64,000 nt of DNA. It comes from Candidatus Geothermarchaeota archaeon (GTDB lineage Archaea > Thermoproteota > Nitrososphaeria > Geothermarchaeales > JDFR-13). The translations under genes were made by a program, and so were the position numbers. Location of the stretch: assembly GCA_015523725.1 (NCBI GenBank), contig WAJV01000107.1, positions 959 to 64,958 on the forward strand, given 5' to 3'. Positions 42,201-51,793 of this stretch are shown piece after piece. The notes beneath the pieces are model-generated. The model ran no database searches. It was not told the origin of the DNA and was given only the letters and a program-made list of their open reading frames with translations. Every line of letters begins with the position of its first letter. The first letter of the stretch is position 1.

Positions 42201-42596
42201 ATGGTTCAATGGCATTGGGACCTACATAAACGAAAAAAGACTGGAGGAAGAAGGAGAATATGGAGAAAGAAACGAAAGTATGAAAGAGGCGGCACACCGA
42301 CAGAAACCATACTAGGAGAAACCAAGATAAAAGTAGAGAGAGTTAAGGGAGGAAACATAAAAATAAGGGTATTTAGGGAACAATATGCAAATCTATATAT
42401 ACCCAACGAAAATAAAGTCGTAAAAACAAGAATACTGAGGGTATTATCAAATCCATCAAATAGAGACTATAGTAGGAGGGGTGTAATCACAAAAGGAGCA
42501 ATAATAGAGACCGAACACGGAGAAGCAATAGTAACATCTAGACCAGGCCAAGACGGGGTCATAAATGCAAAACTAGTAAAAGCAATAGAAAAATAA
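42201..42596 (+). CDS. rps8e: 30S ribosomal protein S8e
   Basis: KRKKTGG, RKKRKYE, ITKGAII.TE.G.A.VTSRPGQDG. Confidence 0.97.
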   Translation: MVQWHWDLHKRKKTGGRRRIWRKKRKYERGGTPTETILGETKIKVERVKGGNIKIRVFREQYANLYIPNENKVVKTRILRVLSNPSNRDYSRRGVITKGAIIETEHGEAIVTSRPGQDGVINAKLVKAIEK

Positions 42597-42606
42597 TGAG
42601 GTAAAA

Positions 42607-42900
42607 ATGAGGCTAAAAGATGGATATGTGATTTGGACAGTATACTTCGACCAAAATATACCTAGAAGCAGAGGTAGAAAAATATCAAAAAATAAAGCCA
42701 TACCAAAGCCGACGTTAAATGAATTACAGGAAGCGGCGAGAAGAGCAGGATATAAACCAATATCAATTAGGAAGGCAAAATATCCGTCGCTATGGTGGGT
42801 AGAAGATTCCGGATATATAGTTATACAAAAGAAAGATTCCAAATATAAGGCTATTAAAGAGATAGCTAGAGAACTTAGGAGGATAAGGGGAGGAAAGTAA
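42607..42900 (+). CDS. srp19: signal recognition particle protein SRP19
   Basis: IW.VYFD...RS.GRK, KYP..WW. Confidence 0.92.
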   Translation: MRLKDGYVIWTVYFDQNIPRSRGRKISKNKAIPKPTLNELQEAARRAGYKPISIRKAKYPSLWWVEDSGYIVIQKKDSKYKAIKEIARELRRIRGGK

Positions 42901-42988
42901 CCTTTAGATTTATTTTCAATACAATAATATAAATATTATTAGCACCATCAAAAATACATTTCTATCCTAATATGGAGAAGAGATAATT

Positions 42989-43231
42989 ATGAAGAAAGCC
43001 GGAAAAATAGTACACTACACAAAATACAAAGTCTTTGTCATCGAAGCAGAAGAAAAAATACTGCCAGAAGACAAACTTGTAGATGCAAAGGGCAGAGTGA
43101 TAGGTGAAGTAATCGATGTCATCGGCCCAATCAATAAACCATACCTAGTTGTAAAACCACTAGTCAACAAGCCGGAGAAACTCATCGGAGCAGAAGTCTA
43201 CTACTTAAAAAAGAGGAGGAGGGGACGATGA
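42989..43231 (+). CDS. gar1: H/ACA RNP protein Gar1
   Basis: IGEVIDVIGPINKPY; conserved gene context. Confidence 0.88.
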   Translation: MKKAGKIVHYTKYKVFVIEAEEKILPEDKLVDAKGRVIGEVIDVIGPINKPYLVVKPLVNKPEKLIGAEVYYLKKRRRGR

Positions 43232-44049
43232 GCATAGACGAAGAATGTCCAATATGCGGAGGCAAGAGATTCAACTACGACAGACTAAACAATTCATATA
43301 TATGTACTACATGCGGCTATGTAATGGAAATATCAATGAGTATTAGGATGGACCCGCCCTTCCAAAAAACCGAGAGAAAAACAATAGGAAGAAAGGTAGA
43401 TGGTGAATTAATGGATATTAAAACAAGGATTAAATTACCCCTAGAAAAATACTTGGAAGAAATGTATTTAGAGTTAGAAAATCTACGAAGATTCTTCCCC
43501 ACAGTAAAAGAAGTGGATATTCAATTAGCAAAGAAAATATTGAAGAGATATATTGGGAGAAGTGGAAGAAAGATTAGGAGAAGAAAGAGGGAACTAGCTT
43601 TATCCCTACTATACCTCTCCACAAAAATAAACAAAATATATCCATTATCATCAAAAGAAATTTACTCAGTAGCAAAGAAACTAAAATTATCCGTGAGGGA
43701 CATTAGAAGAATTACCAAGGATATTATGAAGAAACTTGATATAAAAATAATGCCAAGGTATGAGGATGAAGAGAGGGAAATATTAAATAAAATTTGGAGG
43801 GAGTTGGGTAGAGATAAAAAAGTAAATGAATTAATAAGAAAGATTCACAAAGCCGTAAAAGAAAAAAAGATAGGTGTAGGTAAAACCAAGAAAACAATAA
43901 TAGCGTCAATAGCATATATAGCATATAAAATATATGGCTACAATGTCAGTCAAGATAAAATAGCTAGTATTGTAGGAATATCATCAGTCCCACTAAGAAA
44001 TATGGTTAAAGAAATAATGTTAAATGTATATTTTGAGGTACTACTTTAA
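43228..44049 (+). CDS. tfb: transcription initiation factor IIB (TFB)-like protein, divergent
   Basis: CPICGG...CTTCG Zn ribbon, two cyclin-fold repeats, SQDKIASIVGIS HTH; follows gar1. Confidence 0.75.
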   Translation: MSIDEECPICGGKRFNYDRLNNSYICTTCGYVMEISMSIRMDPPFQKTERKTIGRKVDGELMDIKTRIKLPLEKYLEEMYLELENLRRFFPTVKEVDIQLAKKILKRYIGRSGRKIRRRKRELALSLLYLSTKINKIYPLSSKEIYSVAKKLKLSVRDIRRITKDIMKKLDIKIMPRYEDEEREILNKIWRELGRDKKVNELIRKIHKAVKEKKIGVGKTKKTIIASIAYIAYKIYGYNVSQDKIASIVGISSVPLRNMVKEIMLNVYFEVLL

Positions 44050-44107
44050 ATAAATATGAATTTATTACCTATAGAAACTATTATTTATTTAATAGACAAT
44101 GTATTAG

Positions 44108-44383
44108 ATGCATTTTAATACTTGTCTAATAAGAGTAGTGAAATATATGATGAAAAACGAGACAAAAGTATCTATAGAAGAAAAAGATAATGAAACACAG
44201 CTAAGGAAAAAAATTTTGATAGCCAAAAATAGGAGGAAAGCAATTGACTTTATTAAAGAAATATACTGCATTAAATGTGAATATAAGGAAGATTGCTCAG
44301 CAAGATATCCAGACTATATATATAAATGTCCATATATCATTGAATGGGCATTAGAAAAATATAAAGAACACCTCAATGAATAA
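44108..44383 (+). CDS. small Cys-containing hypothetical protein
   Basis: CIKC...C...CP cluster; true start may be a downstream Met. Confidence 0.55.
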   Translation: MHFNTCLIRVVKYMMKNETKVSIEEKDNETQLRKKILIAKNRRKAIDFIKEIYCIKCEYKEDCSARYPDYIYKCPYIIEWALEKYKEHLNE

Positions 44384-44397
44384 CTAAGATTGGCATT

Positions 44398-45066
44398 ATG
44401 AAAGACTGGGTTAGAAAAAGAAGGGAAAGAGATCCCTATAGAGAAAAAGCAAGGAAAATAGGTGTAAGAAGTAGAGCCTACTTTAAACTCATGGATATAG
44501 ATAGAAGATTCAATATATTAAAAACTGGAGACTTAGTTATAGACCTAGGAGCGTATCCAGGCGGATGGTTACAATATATATCCAGTAAGATCGGATATGA
44601 TGGACACGTCTATGGAATAGATATTAGAGAAATTGCTGAGTTCCCGGATAGGCCAAACATTACAACAATAAAAGGAGATGTATTCAAAAAAGAAACCATT
44701 GAAAAAATAAGTAAGATGATTAAAGAAAATAAAGTTGATGTCTTGGTCAGCGACCTCTCCCCAAACATAACAGGAATATGGGAATTAGACACCGAGAAAA
44801 TCTATGACTATAATAAGGTCACCATGAGATACATAGATAGATTCCTAAGAAAGGGAGGGACGGCCGTAATAAAATCATTTGAAGGCAGATACTCAGATAG
44901 GATAATTAAGATGGTTAAGAGACGGTTCAAATGGGTTGCAAAATACAAACCAAAAGCATCTAGAAAAAGAAGCGCAGAATTCTACATAATTGGACTAAAT
45001 TATCTAGGTAAAGACCGCAAAACCTTCATTAAAACATCGAGAGAACAATCAGACTTAAAACCATAA
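44398..45066 (+). CDS. rlmE: 23S rRNA Um2552 methyltransferase (FtsJ/RrmJ)
   Basis: RSRAYFKL, DLGAYPGGW, SDLSP, KPKASR..S.E. Confidence 0.93.
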   Translation: MKDWVRKRRERDPYREKARKIGVRSRAYFKLMDIDRRFNILKTGDLVIDLGAYPGGWLQYISSKIGYDGHVYGIDIREIAEFPDRPNITTIKGDVFKKETIEKISKMIKENKVDVLVSDLSPNITGIWELDTEKIYDYNKVTMRYIDRFLRKGGTAVIKSFEGRYSDRIIKMVKRRFKWVAKYKPKASRKRSAEFYIIGLNYLGKDRKTFIKTSREQSDLKP

Positions 45067-46115
45067 GGAGAGAAATGGGTCCGCCCAACCCTATAACCCA
45101 ACTCAACCAACCTATCCATAACAACCTTCAAACGTGGAGGAGATCTTCTCAACCTAGAACATATAGCATGAAGATCAAAATAATATGGGGGGAAATCAGC
45201 CTCCTCCATTAATATGTTAAACAATTCCTTAGCCCTATCCCTATCCTCACCAACTAAAATATAGTTATAAAGCTCACCATCCAAGATCATCCTAATAAAC
45301 TCTTTATCATGAAGAGGCCCTATCCATAGAGGACCTAAAATAATTGATCCAGAAGGAATATGCAACCCCTCTCCAAGCCTCATCAAAGAATATACATTAA
45401 CCTTATCTCCACTCAATATAATATAGCCAATATACTCATATGGAAAACGCAACCTCCCCTCGAAAACCCTAACATATATTCTTGCATACTGCTCGGAAAA
45501 AACACTCAGCACAGGCTTAATGTATCTACCATGCCTACCAGCGGAGTCAAGAACAGATTTAATCAATATCCTTAAAGCAGCCTCGTGGCAAAACCAAGTT
45601 TTCCTAACTAATGAAGCATACTTTCTAAATGCAGCAGAGGGATATAATCCACACAAGGCAGTTAAATCAGTAGCAGTTATAGCCACCAAACCACCCTTCC
45701 TAACGGAGGAAACAAGGGCATCTATATAGGGTGCCGGAGACCCAAATGGATCCAAGTCAATAAAATCAAGCCTATACAACCCATCGGAAAACAAAAAACT
45801 CCTAACATCAAGATTAAAAACCTTAGCCCTAACCCCATTATCAACCACATTCCTCCTAATATTCTCATAAGCGGCTCTAGATCTATCGTTAAACCACACC
45901 TCCGATACAGAAGCCGACTCCAAATAATATCTAATTCCCCTCACACCAGTAGCAGCCATCACATCACCAACCACTATATCCCTCCCCCTCAACTTAGCCT
46001 CACAAACCAATACAGGAATCCCCAAAGACCTACTAAACCTTGCATAAGGATTATAAAACACTGAGTCATCCACCACAAACCTAGCAGCACCCTCATACAA
46101 GTATCTCATACCCAA
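45000..46115 (-). CDS. trm1: tRNA (G26) N2,N2-dimethyltransferase
   Basis: VFYNP, ATGVRGIRY, DLDPFGSP, TATD, GPLWIG, RTHF. Confidence 0.93.
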   Translation of the reverse strand: MGMRYLYEGAARFVVDDSVFYNPYARFSRSLGIPVLVCEAKLRGRDIVVGDVMAATGVRGIRYYLESASVSEVWFNDRSRAAYENIRRNVVDNGVRAKVFNLDVRSFLFSDGLYRLDFIDLDPFGSPAPYIDALVSSVRKGGLVAITATDLTALCGLYPSAAFRKYASLVRKTWFCHEAALRILIKSVLDSAGRHGRYIKPVLSVFSEQYARIYVRVFEGRLRFPYEYIGYIILSGDKVNVYSLMRLGEGLHIPSGSIILGPLWIGPLHDKEFIRMILDGELYNYILVGEDRDRAKELFNILMEEADFPPYYFDLHAICSRLRRSPPRLKVVMDRLVELGYRVGRTHFSPYGFKSDCSLDVLMKVLRSLPR

Positions 46116-46165
46116 TTCTTAATCACCACACCTAAGAATCTATATATTATATACCAGACGTTATT

Positions 46166-46732
46166 ATGATTATTGACATGATAAAGATATTTATAACTGG
46201 ACCTCCAGGAGTCGGTAAAACAACAATTATCAACAGATTATATGAAACACTTAAACTATACGGATATAATCCCGGTGGATTCATAACCTATGAAATTAGG
46301 GAGGGAGGCGTTAGAGTCGGGTTCACAATAAAATCACTAAATACGAATAAAGAGGGTATACTAGCCCACATAAAGCAGCCAAATGGACCATCCATCGGAA
46401 AATACAGAGTAAACCTAAAAAACCTAGAGGAAATCGGAGTGAAATCCATAATCGACTCCCTCAAAGACAATAATGTAAGCATAATATTGGTAGATGAAAT
46501 TGGACCCATGGAGATGACATCAATAAAATTCAAGGAAGCTATTAGACACCTCCTAGACTCGGATAAACCAGCTATAATGACTGTCCACTATAGAATATCG
46601 ACGCAACTAAATAAATTATTCTATACAGAGAGAGAGACAAAATTATATATGGTGACTAGGGATAATAGAGAAGCAATACCATATATTATATGGAGGGACA
46701 TTAGGTCGAGGGGATTGTTAGGTGATAGATGA
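46166..46732 (+). CDS. THEP1-type nucleoside triphosphatase
   Basis: ITGPPGVGKTT, GF.T.E.REGG.R.GF, DEIGPME. Confidence 0.92.
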   Translation: MIIDMIKIFITGPPGVGKTTIINRLYETLKLYGYNPGGFITYEIREGGVRVGFTIKSLNTNKEGILAHIKQPNGPSIGKYRVNLKNLEEIGVKSIIDSLKDNNVSIILVDEIGPMEMTSIKFKEAIRHLLDSDKPAIMTVHYRISTQLNKLFYTERETKLYMVTRDNREAIPYIIWRDIRSRGLLGDR

Positions 46733-47417
46733 CACCATCTATATAATGGGTATAGATGAAGCTGGGCGTGGCCCAGTAATAGGTCCGATGATAATAGCCG
46801 GCGTCATCGCCACACCCAGCCAAATAGAGACATTAAATAAACAGGTCAAAAAAGACTCCAAAAAATACTCTCCACTCAAGAGAAGTACTTTATATGAATA
46901 TATACACAACATAGCTAGAGACATATATATAGAGAGGATAAACGCTCAGGAAATAGATGAATGGGTGTTGGGCAAAGGCGGATTAAATGAAATGGAAGCA
47001 TACTACACATCAAAAATAATTAAGAAAGCCCTAACAAAACATAAAGTATCGATGGTATATGTGGATGCATGTGATGCATCAGAAGAATCATATAAAAAAA
47101 GAATCGAGAAATATCTAGGGCCAGTCAAGAACCAAGTAACCATAATATCTGAACATAAAGCAGATGAAAAATACACAATAGTATCGGCTGCAAGCATCGT
47201 TGCGAAGATAATTAGAGATAGAGAAATAGATGACCTGAAAAAAATATATGGGGACTTCGGAAGCGGCTATCCCTCTGACCCCCGTACAAAAGAATTCATC
47301 CTAAAAATAGAAGATATAGAGAAATTAAGTATTATTAGAAAGAGTTGGAAACCAATAAAGAGGATAATGGAGAAGAAGAATTTCAAGGACTTAGGTGAGT
47401 ATATTGGACATATTTGA
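46722..47417 (+). CDS. rnhB: ribonuclease HII
   Basis: GIDEAGRGPVIGP, KDSK, VSAASIVAK, GSGYPSD. Confidence 0.96.
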   Translation: MIDDTIYIMGIDEAGRGPVIGPMIIAGVIATPSQIETLNKQVKKDSKKYSPLKRSTLYEYIHNIARDIYIERINAQEIDEWVLGKGGLNEMEAYYTSKIIKKALTKHKVSMVYVDACDASEESYKKRIEKYLGPVKNQVTIISEHKADEKYTIVSAASIVAKIIRDREIDDLKKIYGDFGSGYPSDPRTKEFILKIEDIEKLSIIRKSWKPIKRIMEKKNFKDLGEYIGHI

Positions 47418-48087
47418 TAGATTAAAAGACTTGCTATCAACACATGAAAAAGACATGCTTAAAGCAATTAAACAACATATTGAACTATCAATTAAAGCAT
47501 TGAGCCTACTTATTGAACAATTTGAGAGAGAGGGAGAAGAGGATAAGAAACTATATAGAGGAGAGATTGAGAGACTGGAGAAGAGGGGAGATTTATCGGT
47601 CTCAAAACTAACCAAACTAATATTTGGTGGGGCAGTAATGGTCCCCCTACAAAATTACCTAATAAAATTAATTGATATAATAGACGACATACTAGACACG
47701 ATACACTTCCTATCCGGAGAAGACTATAGAAAATTATATTTTAAGAGACTAAGAGGTGAAAAAGCAAGAGAAGTGGAGGAAGAAATATTGAATTATCTTA
47801 AATATACATCTAAAGCGCTAGAAAAACTAAATGAAATGGTTACATACGCGATAAACAATGAATGGGAAACTTTAGTAAAGTTATCCGAGGAGGTTGAAAA
47901 GATTGAGGAGGAGGGAGACGATATTAAACACCACATGATTGACGAAATATATCGAAACTGGGATAAAATCAGGGAACCATATTTCTCATACTTGACTCAA
48001 TTCATATACATGGTAGACCAAATACAAGATTTAACCGAAGATGCATCAAATATGCTACTCATCACCATTCAATATATGCATGGGTAA
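47395..48087 (+). CDS. DUF47/PhoU-like phosphate transport regulator
   Basis: E.LE..GD / IEEEGD repeats, D...D..ED; precedes a PiT-like gene. Confidence 0.82.
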   Translation: MSILDIFDRLKDLLSTHEKDMLKAIKQHIELSIKALSLLIEQFEREGEEDKKLYRGEIERLEKRGDLSVSKLTKLIFGGAVMVPLQNYLIKLIDIIDDILDTIHFLSGEDYRKLYFKRLRGEKAREVEEEILNYLKYTSKALEKLNEMVTYAINNEWETLVKLSEEVEKIEEEGDDIKHHMIDEIYRNWDKIREPYFSYLTQFIYMVDQIQDLTEDASNMLLITIQYMHG

Positions 48088-48099
48088 CACTGGATAAAA

Positions 48100-49065
48100 A
48101 TGATCCTAGAAATTCTCTTACTAATCCTAACATTATTTACAATAACACTCCTAACCGGTAATAACATAGGAACCATTAGAGGCCCATTCAAATCACTGGG
48201 GGAGATAAGGAAATTATCCACAATAACAATATTATTTGGAGTATTGATAGGTGTAATAGCAGAAGGCTGGAAGTTAAATAGATTCTATACCGCATACCAA
48301 TTATCAGGTATTGAAGTATTAATATTATTAATTAGCACCACATTCCTAGTACTCATTGGAAACATATATAGAACACCCATATCACTAAACATGTCTATTA
48401 TATCCGGTGTATGGGGTATAAACCTAGCAGCCTCAAACAACTTCGACATCGAATACACCCTCCTGATTATAGCTGCATGGATAACACTCCCACTAATAAG
48501 TATAGTATCATCAGCCGCAATATCCCACATAATAACTAGAAAAAATTTATTGAGGGGGTGGGGAGGCTACTCAATCGAGAAAATCATATCAATAATATCA
48601 ACACTATTTCTAGCATATGTATTCGGTGCGAACACAATAGGACTAATAATATCCATAGTATCGCCGAATCTTAGAATATTTTATGGAGACATAATTCTAC
48701 TATTGGGTATAACAGCATCATATTTAATCGGTATGAAATATTTATCCGGAAGTCTTGAAGCCGGGTTAGCATTCAATATATATAATATAGGCCTAGTCTC
48801 ACTCATATCGAGCCAAATATCCACATTTATCATGCTTGAAATAGCCACACAATTCGGCTTACCAATATCCTTAACCCAAGTCTTCACAATATCACTCATC
48901 GGCGCCTCCCTAAGCCGCAGATTAAAACTAATCAATATTAGATATATAATTCATATGTCCAAAGTCTGGATAACTTCACTTATACTAGGATTCACAATAT
49001 CCATAACACTATATATTCTCCTAAATCTACTCACGATAAATTATCCAGTCCTCCTAACAAGGTAA
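48100..49065 (+). CDS. PiT-family inorganic phosphate transporter (divergent)
   Basis: GNNIG / GANTIG repeats, PISL twice, ~10 TM. Confidence 0.72.
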   Translation: MILEILLLILTLFTITLLTGNNIGTIRGPFKSLGEIRKLSTITILFGVLIGVIAEGWKLNRFYTAYQLSGIEVLILLISTTFLVLIGNIYRTPISLNMSIISGVWGINLAASNNFDIEYTLLIIAAWITLPLISIVSSAAISHIITRKNLLRGWGGYSIEKIISIISTLFLAYVFGANTIGLIISIVSPNLRIFYGDIILLLGITASYLIGMKYLSGSLEAGLAFNIYNIGLVSLISSQISTFIMLEIATQFGLPISLTQVFTISLIGASLSRRLKLINIRYIIHMSKVWITSLILGFTISITLYILLNLLTINYPVLLTR

Positions 49066-51665
49066 GCAACAACCAAGGAAATTACCAAAGCAACTACGAA
49101 GTAAATATAATATCTGACCAATAGATTCTCCCTAACTACCAATTTAGTAGATGGTATATCATCCCTACCGAGTACAACCTTATAAACACCATTAAATACA
49201 TAATCCACGGAAATATTGATCACATACTCCCCTGGCTTAAGACCAGTAATAATATAATCTTTCTCAAACCCAGCCCCAGATAATGCAACGGCCTCACTAA
49301 CCTCCGTCCCACCGCCTTTGAAAGCTAAGCCACTAGGCAATACAATATTTAAATTAACCGAGTCAATACAATCAACACAGTCACTCTCGATCCTAACCAC
49401 TAATCTCGAGGTCTTACCCTCAGTAACATCAGCTGGAGACAAATGAACCGAGACCCTCACACCATATACAAAAGTTATATTAAAGTCTCCTAAAACAACC
49501 TCCCTCAAAATACCTCCATAAATAAATGATGCCTTAACCCCATTTATGGAGTAGTTACCCTCCTCAGTAGACCTAACCACGATATCAACGGTCTTACTAT
49601 CTCCACCATATACTATGGAAACATTGTTACCAGCATATGTCACGTTCAAAGCCTCGGAGAAGGAGTCGGCCGAAACAGTATAATTGAAGATAGAGTAATC
49701 ACCATTATTACTCAAACTAACATTAATATAGTAGGGGAACTTCGTTATCATCTTACCTCCAGAGGAACTTAATTTAACTATAACTGAATTATTATAGTAA
49801 ATATCCACCCCAGTCTCTATAGAATATGAATAAGATGGTGTCATCACATTTACCACAAAAATTGGATAGAGGAATGGCTTACTTGACGTAACATTGAAAA
49901 TAGCTGAGAAAGATTTTTTAGCACCCACTCCAAGCGCGAACCCATGGACAATTATACTTGAGTCATTTAGTGAATAGTCTCCACCAGAGTATTTTATATC
50001 AGAGATAATGCTTTCTAAATTAGCCTTGACACTTACATCGGTAGCATCTACTAATCCAGCATTCTCAATAGATACAGTTACATTAAGCAAACTATTATTA
50101 ATATAATGTTGTTCATCCAACTTAACAGAAGGCCAATATATTTTATTCGGAGTATAGGCAACATAGGTTTCTGGAGAAGTTATGTTAAAATTCATCGAGC
50201 CAATCATATAAGTAGCTTTACCAAAAACAGGTAGGATTATGTCCAACGGCGACTCCACATTAACACTCGATTCCACTATCCTCTCCTCTCCAGGAGCCAA
50301 TGAGCCAATTACATACTCGCCTACTATTAGATTATCAACCGATACAGAGCCTCTGTTCTTAACCACCAGCTTATAATTGAAGGGCTTACCTAGCTCAGCC
50401 TTCGCATTAGGAATATCCATAGTAAGGTCTATAAAGCCTCCATTTGAATGGATATACTGAGTCTGAGAAAAATATGTTAATGATTGATTATTTGATAGTT
50501 TAACGATAGCCTTGGCAGACCCTATATAAATATCTTGACTCAAATTCTCAATCCTAACAACATATTTGATTATCCTACTCTGACCTCCCTTCAAATCAGT
50601 TACATTACCCTCTACAACACCAGATACAAGAGATACTCCGGGCTGATCCCACCACGGATACTCCTTAACAACAACCTTACCTACACTCACCTTACCAACA
50701 TTCTCAATCTTGAGGTAAACCTCATAAACCCCCCCAGCTGAAAAATCAGTACTATTAAAATCTCTAGTGACCACTATCAGTGGGTAATCCAACCTCAACT
50801 CAATATCCAGGGGATTAAGCTTCGACCCTGGAGAGGTTGATCCACTAATAATCATGAAGCGAGTCTTAGAATCACTCAAACTAACATTATATATACTAGG
50901 TATCTTAGATAACATAATATACCTTGAATAAATTGTGAAATCCACTGTATTCGTGTCATTGGGATAAGGCTCCCAATCTATCTGACCCAATAAATTCTTG
51001 AAACCGCCAGGATTCCTATTGATAAAAGAAATAAATAGGTCTGCAACTCCATTATCAACATCAGCCAATAAAGTTATGTTATAATAGTCAAAGTCAGTCA
51101 TTCTCGTGACTGGAGTCCACTTGGCTACTGCATAGCCTAAATTATCTATGAAACCTAGTAATTTACTCTTATAAACTATGTCACTATACGGAGATAAATA
51201 TATGTATGATCCATTGTCCACCTGATACCTCATAAAAGCCAACATAAGTCTATTAGAAAAATCTTTAGCTACAGCATCCACATCCATGGATGTGGATGAA
51301 GGAGTCAACACTAATAACGCCTTACTACCCGGCACATATAATAGACCAGTACCATTATACCATAAGCCATCAAGAAAATAATTATAAGTATTTTTCCAAT
51401 CACTATTCTTAATAAAACTAAGTTTAAAACTCTTTAAACCACCCCCGAATCCACCCAACAGACTCGACAAACTATTATATAAATCAGCGGAATTTCGAAG
51501 ACCCAACCTAATTAACAACGAATCATACCCCACAAATATCTTTACAGACTCATTTACAGAGCCTTGAGCATACACGGCTCCCGGGCGACTAATATAACTA
51601 AATAAACCCAATAGTAAAATCACCAATATTACGATACGTATACTCCTCACCTTAGACACCAGCAA
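49041..51665 (-). CDS. large secreted, C-terminally anchored protein with repeated Ig-like domains (S-layer/COG1361-like)
   Basis: Signal peptide, repeated I.N.G motifs, many N-x-S/T sequons, C-terminal TM followed by RR. Confidence 0.75.
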   Translation of the reverse strand: MLVSKVRSIRIVILVILLLGLFSYISRPGAVYAQGSVNESVKIFVGYDSLLIRLGLRNSADLYNSLSSLLGGFGGGLKSFKLSFIKNSDWKNTYNYFLDGLWYNGTGLLYVPGSKALLVLTPSSTSMDVDAVAKDFSNRLMLAFMRYQVDNGSYIYLSPYSDIVYKSKLLGFIDNLGYAVAKWTPVTRMTDFDYYNITLLADVDNGVADLFISFINRNPGGFKNLLGQIDWEPYPNDTNTVDFTIYSRYIMLSKIPSIYNVSLSDSKTRFMIISGSTSPGSKLNPLDIELRLDYPLIVVTRDFNSTDFSAGGVYEVYLKIENVGKVSVGKVVVKEYPWWDQPGVSLVSGVVEGNVTDLKGGQSRIIKYVVRIENLSQDIYIGSAKAIVKLSNNQSLTYFSQTQYIHSNGGFIDLTMDIPNAKAELGKPFNYKLVVKNRGSVSVDNLIVGEYVIGSLAPGEERIVESSVNVESPLDIILPVFGKATYMIGSMNFNITSPETYVAYTPNKIYWPSVKLDEQHYINNSLLNVTVSIENAGLVDATDVSVKANLESIISDIKYSGGDYSLNDSSIIVHGFALGVGAKKSFSAIFNVTSSKPFLYPIFVVNVMTPSYSYSIETGVDIYYNNSVIVKLSSSGGKMITKFPYYINVSLSNNGDYSIFNYTVSADSFSEALNVTYAGNNVSIVYGGDSKTVDIVVRSTEEGNYSINGVKASFIYGGILREVVLGDFNITFVYGVRVSVHLSPADVTEGKTSRLVVRIESDCVDCIDSVNLNIVLPSGLAFKGGGTEVSEAVALSGAGFEKDYIITGLKPGEYVINISVDYVFNGVYKVVLGRDDIPSTKLVVRENLLVRYYIYFVVALVISLVVAYLVRRTG

Positions 51666-51704
51666 CCAAACTTGAAACAGCCTAATTAACCGTGGCTGTG
51701 AAAT

Positions 51705-51723
51705 ATAGATTATAATAATCTAT
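51705..51723. promoter_or_regulatory. perfect inverted repeat ATAGATTAT-A-ATAATCTAT, candidate operator
   Basis: Lies just downstream of a - strand TTTATATA box (51739-51746), upstream of the surface-protein gene. Confidence 0.5.
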
Positions 51724-51793
51724 GTCTTAAAAACGAGATATATAAATTTATTCAATATATGGTGTGGAGAAAGGATAGATAGTTATCATCAGC

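Noticed and set aside
45000..45066. 67-bp convergent overlap of rlmE and trm1
   Set aside because: Convergent tail overlaps are common in compact archaeal genomes and there is no sign of a separate function
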